Assembly: GCA_001513385.1 (NCBI GenBank)
Contig: LFTK01000050.1
Coordinates: forward strand, 1-41,884
Origin: Clostridiales bacterium DTU064
GTDB taxonomy: Bacteria > Bacillota > Clostridia > Oscillospirales > CAG-272
DNA: 41,884 bases
Reading direction: 5' to 3'
A model generated the notes under the pieces. It had not been told where the DNA came from and made no database searches. It saw only the letters and a program-made list of their open reading frames with translations. Both the position numbers and the translations under genes were made by a program. Shown in pieces: positions 39,705 through 41,884 of the stretch (its first letter is position 1; each line of letters begins with the position of its first letter).

Positions 39705-40907
39705 TTATTTTTTATTGATACCGCTTGTGCGTAAATCAAGCAGCTTTTGTTTCAGCTCCGCCTCAATTCGGGCAAGTTCTACCTCTGATGCACGACGCTT
39801 CTCCTTGCCTTCCTCCTGAATACGGATTACCTCCTCAAGAGTAGATACAAGCTGCTGGTTTGTATGCTGGAGCGTCTCCAAATCGACGATACCGCGCTCG
39901 GATTCGCGTGCAACATCAATCGTGCTTGTTTTAAGCGCATCGGCATTTTGCCTTAGGAGAGCATTTGTAACATTTGTTACCTCGCGCTGTGCCGCCATTG
40001 CCTGGCTTGCATGTGACATGCCAAGCGCAATTACCATCTGGCTCTTCCAGAGCGGGATTGTATTGACAAGCACAGACTGGATTTTCTCCGTCATGATTGA
40101 GTCGCTGTTTTGAATCAGCCTTATCTGCGGCGCCATCTGTATAGATATCATTCGGGTCAGCTCAAGGTCATAGAGCTTTTTCTCAAAGCGGTCGCAGAGA
40201 TCCGCAAAATCGCGGGCTGCCTGTGCATCCTCGGCAAGGCCGGATTTATTTGCCTTTTCATATAGCTCGGCAAGCTCAACCTCGCGTGCCTGCTTTAGGC
40301 GCTTTTTACCGGCGATTATATACATCGTCAGCTCTTTCTGGTATGAAAGGTTGACCTCGTACAGCTTATCAAGCATAGCTATATCCTTGAGAAGCTGAAC
40401 CTGATGATCCTGAAGCACGTCGCAAATTTTGTCGACGTTGACTTCCGCTTTATCGTATTTTGCCTTGAGCGCTGCAATTTTATTTGAAGTGCGGCGGAAA
40501 AGGCCCTTAAATCCCTTTTCCTCCTCACCGAGTGAAAGACCTTTCAGCTCAAGGATGAGATCTGTTATAAGGCCGCCAATCTGGCCAAGATCCTTAGTTC
40601 TGACATTTGCAAGAGCTGTATCAGAAAAGTTTGCAACCTTTTGCTGTGCAGCCGCTCCATACTGCATAATGATAGAATTATCTCTTATGTCTATTTTCTT
40701 TGAGAATTCATCGACTTGCTTCTTTTCCTGCTCAGTTAACATGCTGTCATCAACAGCTATGGATTCAAGTGTTTTACTCGTACCAAGTTCAACGTCAAGT
40801 TTCGGCTCCTCGGTTGCTGCAGCCGAGGAAAACGGATCGAGCGTCAGCGAAGGTATCTCGCCGCCCAGATTCGGTAATTTAATTTCGCTGTTGTTTATGT
40901 CCTGCAT
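39705..40907 (-). CDS. telA: Toxic anion resistance protein TelA/YaaN
   Basis: QYGAAAQ, LLKDIAMLDKLY..N, DRFEKKLYDLELTR..SIQMAPQIRLIQ, NTIPLWKSQM, ERGIVDLETL. Confidence 0.92.
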   Translation of the reverse strand: MQDINNSEIKLPNLGGEIPSLTLDPFSSAAATEEPKLDVELGTSKTLESIAVDDSMLTEQEKKQVDEFSKKIDIRDNSIIMQYGAAAQQKVANFSDTALANVRTKDLGQIGGLITDLILELKGLSLGEEEKGFKGLFRRTSNKIAALKAKYDKAEVNVDKICDVLQDHQVQLLKDIAMLDKLYEVNLSYQKELTMYIIAGKKRLKQAREVELAELYEKANKSGLAEDAQAARDFADLCDRFEKKLYDLELTRMISIQMAPQIRLIQNSDSIMTEKIQSVLVNTIPLWKSQMVIALGMSHASQAMAAQREVTNVTNALLRQNADALKTSTIDVARESERGIVDLETLQHTNQQLVSTLEEVIRIQEEGKEKRRASEVELARIEAELKQKLLDLRTSGINKK

Positions 40908-41026
40908 TGCATACTCTCCTTATATTAAATGTGTGGTCACATATTCTTCTAACATAATATTGATGTGTCTGTTGATTGCCGCTAATTAAAATATTGAAAT
41001 TGCCCAAACAATACCTTTTTCGTTTA

Positions 41027-41809
41027 TTATAATTCAAGCCTTATGCCGCCGCTTTTATTTTCATCAGTACCAGTTGTGCCGCTTTCATTTTTATTATCAC
41101 TAAAATCTGACGATACTGATGACAGATTTTCGTTTTTCATCATCGCCTCAAGAACGGCAACGTCTGATGAAATGTCAAGTGCGTCATCATCGTAAAGACG
41201 GTCAAGCTGCGCTGAAAATGCTTTTTCAATAAGCTCAAGTGCGTTTATTATAGACTGACGCGTGCGTGTTGCATTCTCGCCAACAGCACCACCCTGAATT
41301 TTGCTGTATGCCAAAGCAAGCTTTTCCGTTGTCGGAATGTAATAGTTTGCAAAGCTACGAAGGCGCCCTGCGTCCTCCGGGCTTTGCCGCAGGTGCTTCG
41401 ATATCCTCTCGGCAGCAGCGCTCACGCTTTCTGCCGCACCTCGCACCTCCTTGTCGCCACCCCGTGCTGCAAGTTCGGCGCACTGTGCCAGTTTTTCGCG
41501 CATAGCAGCTATTTTTTCAATTATTGTATCGGCATCGGCAACACCTGTTGAAAGATTGATTTCAACAAGCTCCTCCTTTGCCGGGATTTTGCGATCAAGT
41601 ATAACAAAAAGCACGGCTCCGACTACAGCCGCCACAATGATATGGACAAGCTTATAAAGCGGGAACAAGAGCGCCCACAAAAGCCACAGCGCGCCTGTTG
41701 CAAGATACGGCACGCCCGACTTTTTTGTGATGCGGAGCATTGTCTTCCCGTCTTTTGTTATAATTTCGCCGCCTTTAGCTGTATATAGCTTATTGTTTTT
41801 CTTTTCCAT
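41027..41809 (-). CDS. XpaC-family (5-bromo-4-chloroindolyl phosphate hydrolysis) membrane protein
   Basis: Two TM helices, then F.NYYIPTT.KL...Y and AF..QLD.LY.DDALDISSDV.VLE.M; directly upstream of telA, as in xpaC-yaaN. Confidence 0.85.
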   Translation of the reverse strand: MEKKNNKLYTAKGGEIITKDGKTMLRITKKSGVPYLATGALWLLWALLFPLYKLVHIIVAAVVGAVLFVILDRKIPAKEELVEINLSTGVADADTIIEKIAAMREKLAQCAELAARGGDKEVRGAAESVSAAAERISKHLRQSPEDAGRLRSFANYYIPTTEKLALAYSKIQGGAVGENATRTRQSIINALELIEKAFSAQLDRLYDDDALDISSDVAVLEAMMKNENLSSVSSDFSDNKNESGTTGTDENKSGGIRLEL

Positions 41810-41884
41810 ACTTATCTTTCATCATATGAGTTGATATTATATTTATTTTACAGTATATTAGCATTGATTGACGTATGAGCAGCC

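Overview
About 42 kb of mostly core chromosome from an anaerobic Firmicute, probably Clostridia. That placement is inferred from the single-chain PFOR, SLH protein, ThiT, DUF6472, the pth-mfd-prsA and lepA-hemW gene order, and sigma-A TTGACA/TATAAT promoters. Contents in order: truncated comM/yifB; nifJ; an SLH protein behind a membrane-anchored ECF sigma factor; murD with DUF6472; PPi-type pfk; yitT; GH38 alpha-mannosidase; an SGNH hydrolase divergent from a membrane-bound XRE regulator; perR-ahpC-permuted ahpF; pth-mfd-prsA-lepA-hemW; a lone tRNA-Trp; TPP riboswitch-thiT; guaB-hflK-hflC; an ABC-F ATPase; and an xpaC-telA-lemA-like-TPM cluster. I saw no mobile element, prophage or CRISPR array, and no unambiguous new system. 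Best leads: (1) a tRNA-Trp(CCA) with only a 4-bp anticodon stem; (2) a shared 18-bp near-palindromic operator in front of pfk and the mannosidase; (3) the ECF-TM/SLH module with an uncharacterised C-terminal domain; (4) the four-gene xpaC/telA/lemA/TPM envelope module, with an unusual Trp/Pro/Arg/Gly tail followed by a 10-bp-phased repeat array. All calls come from reading motifs by eye; no searches were run.
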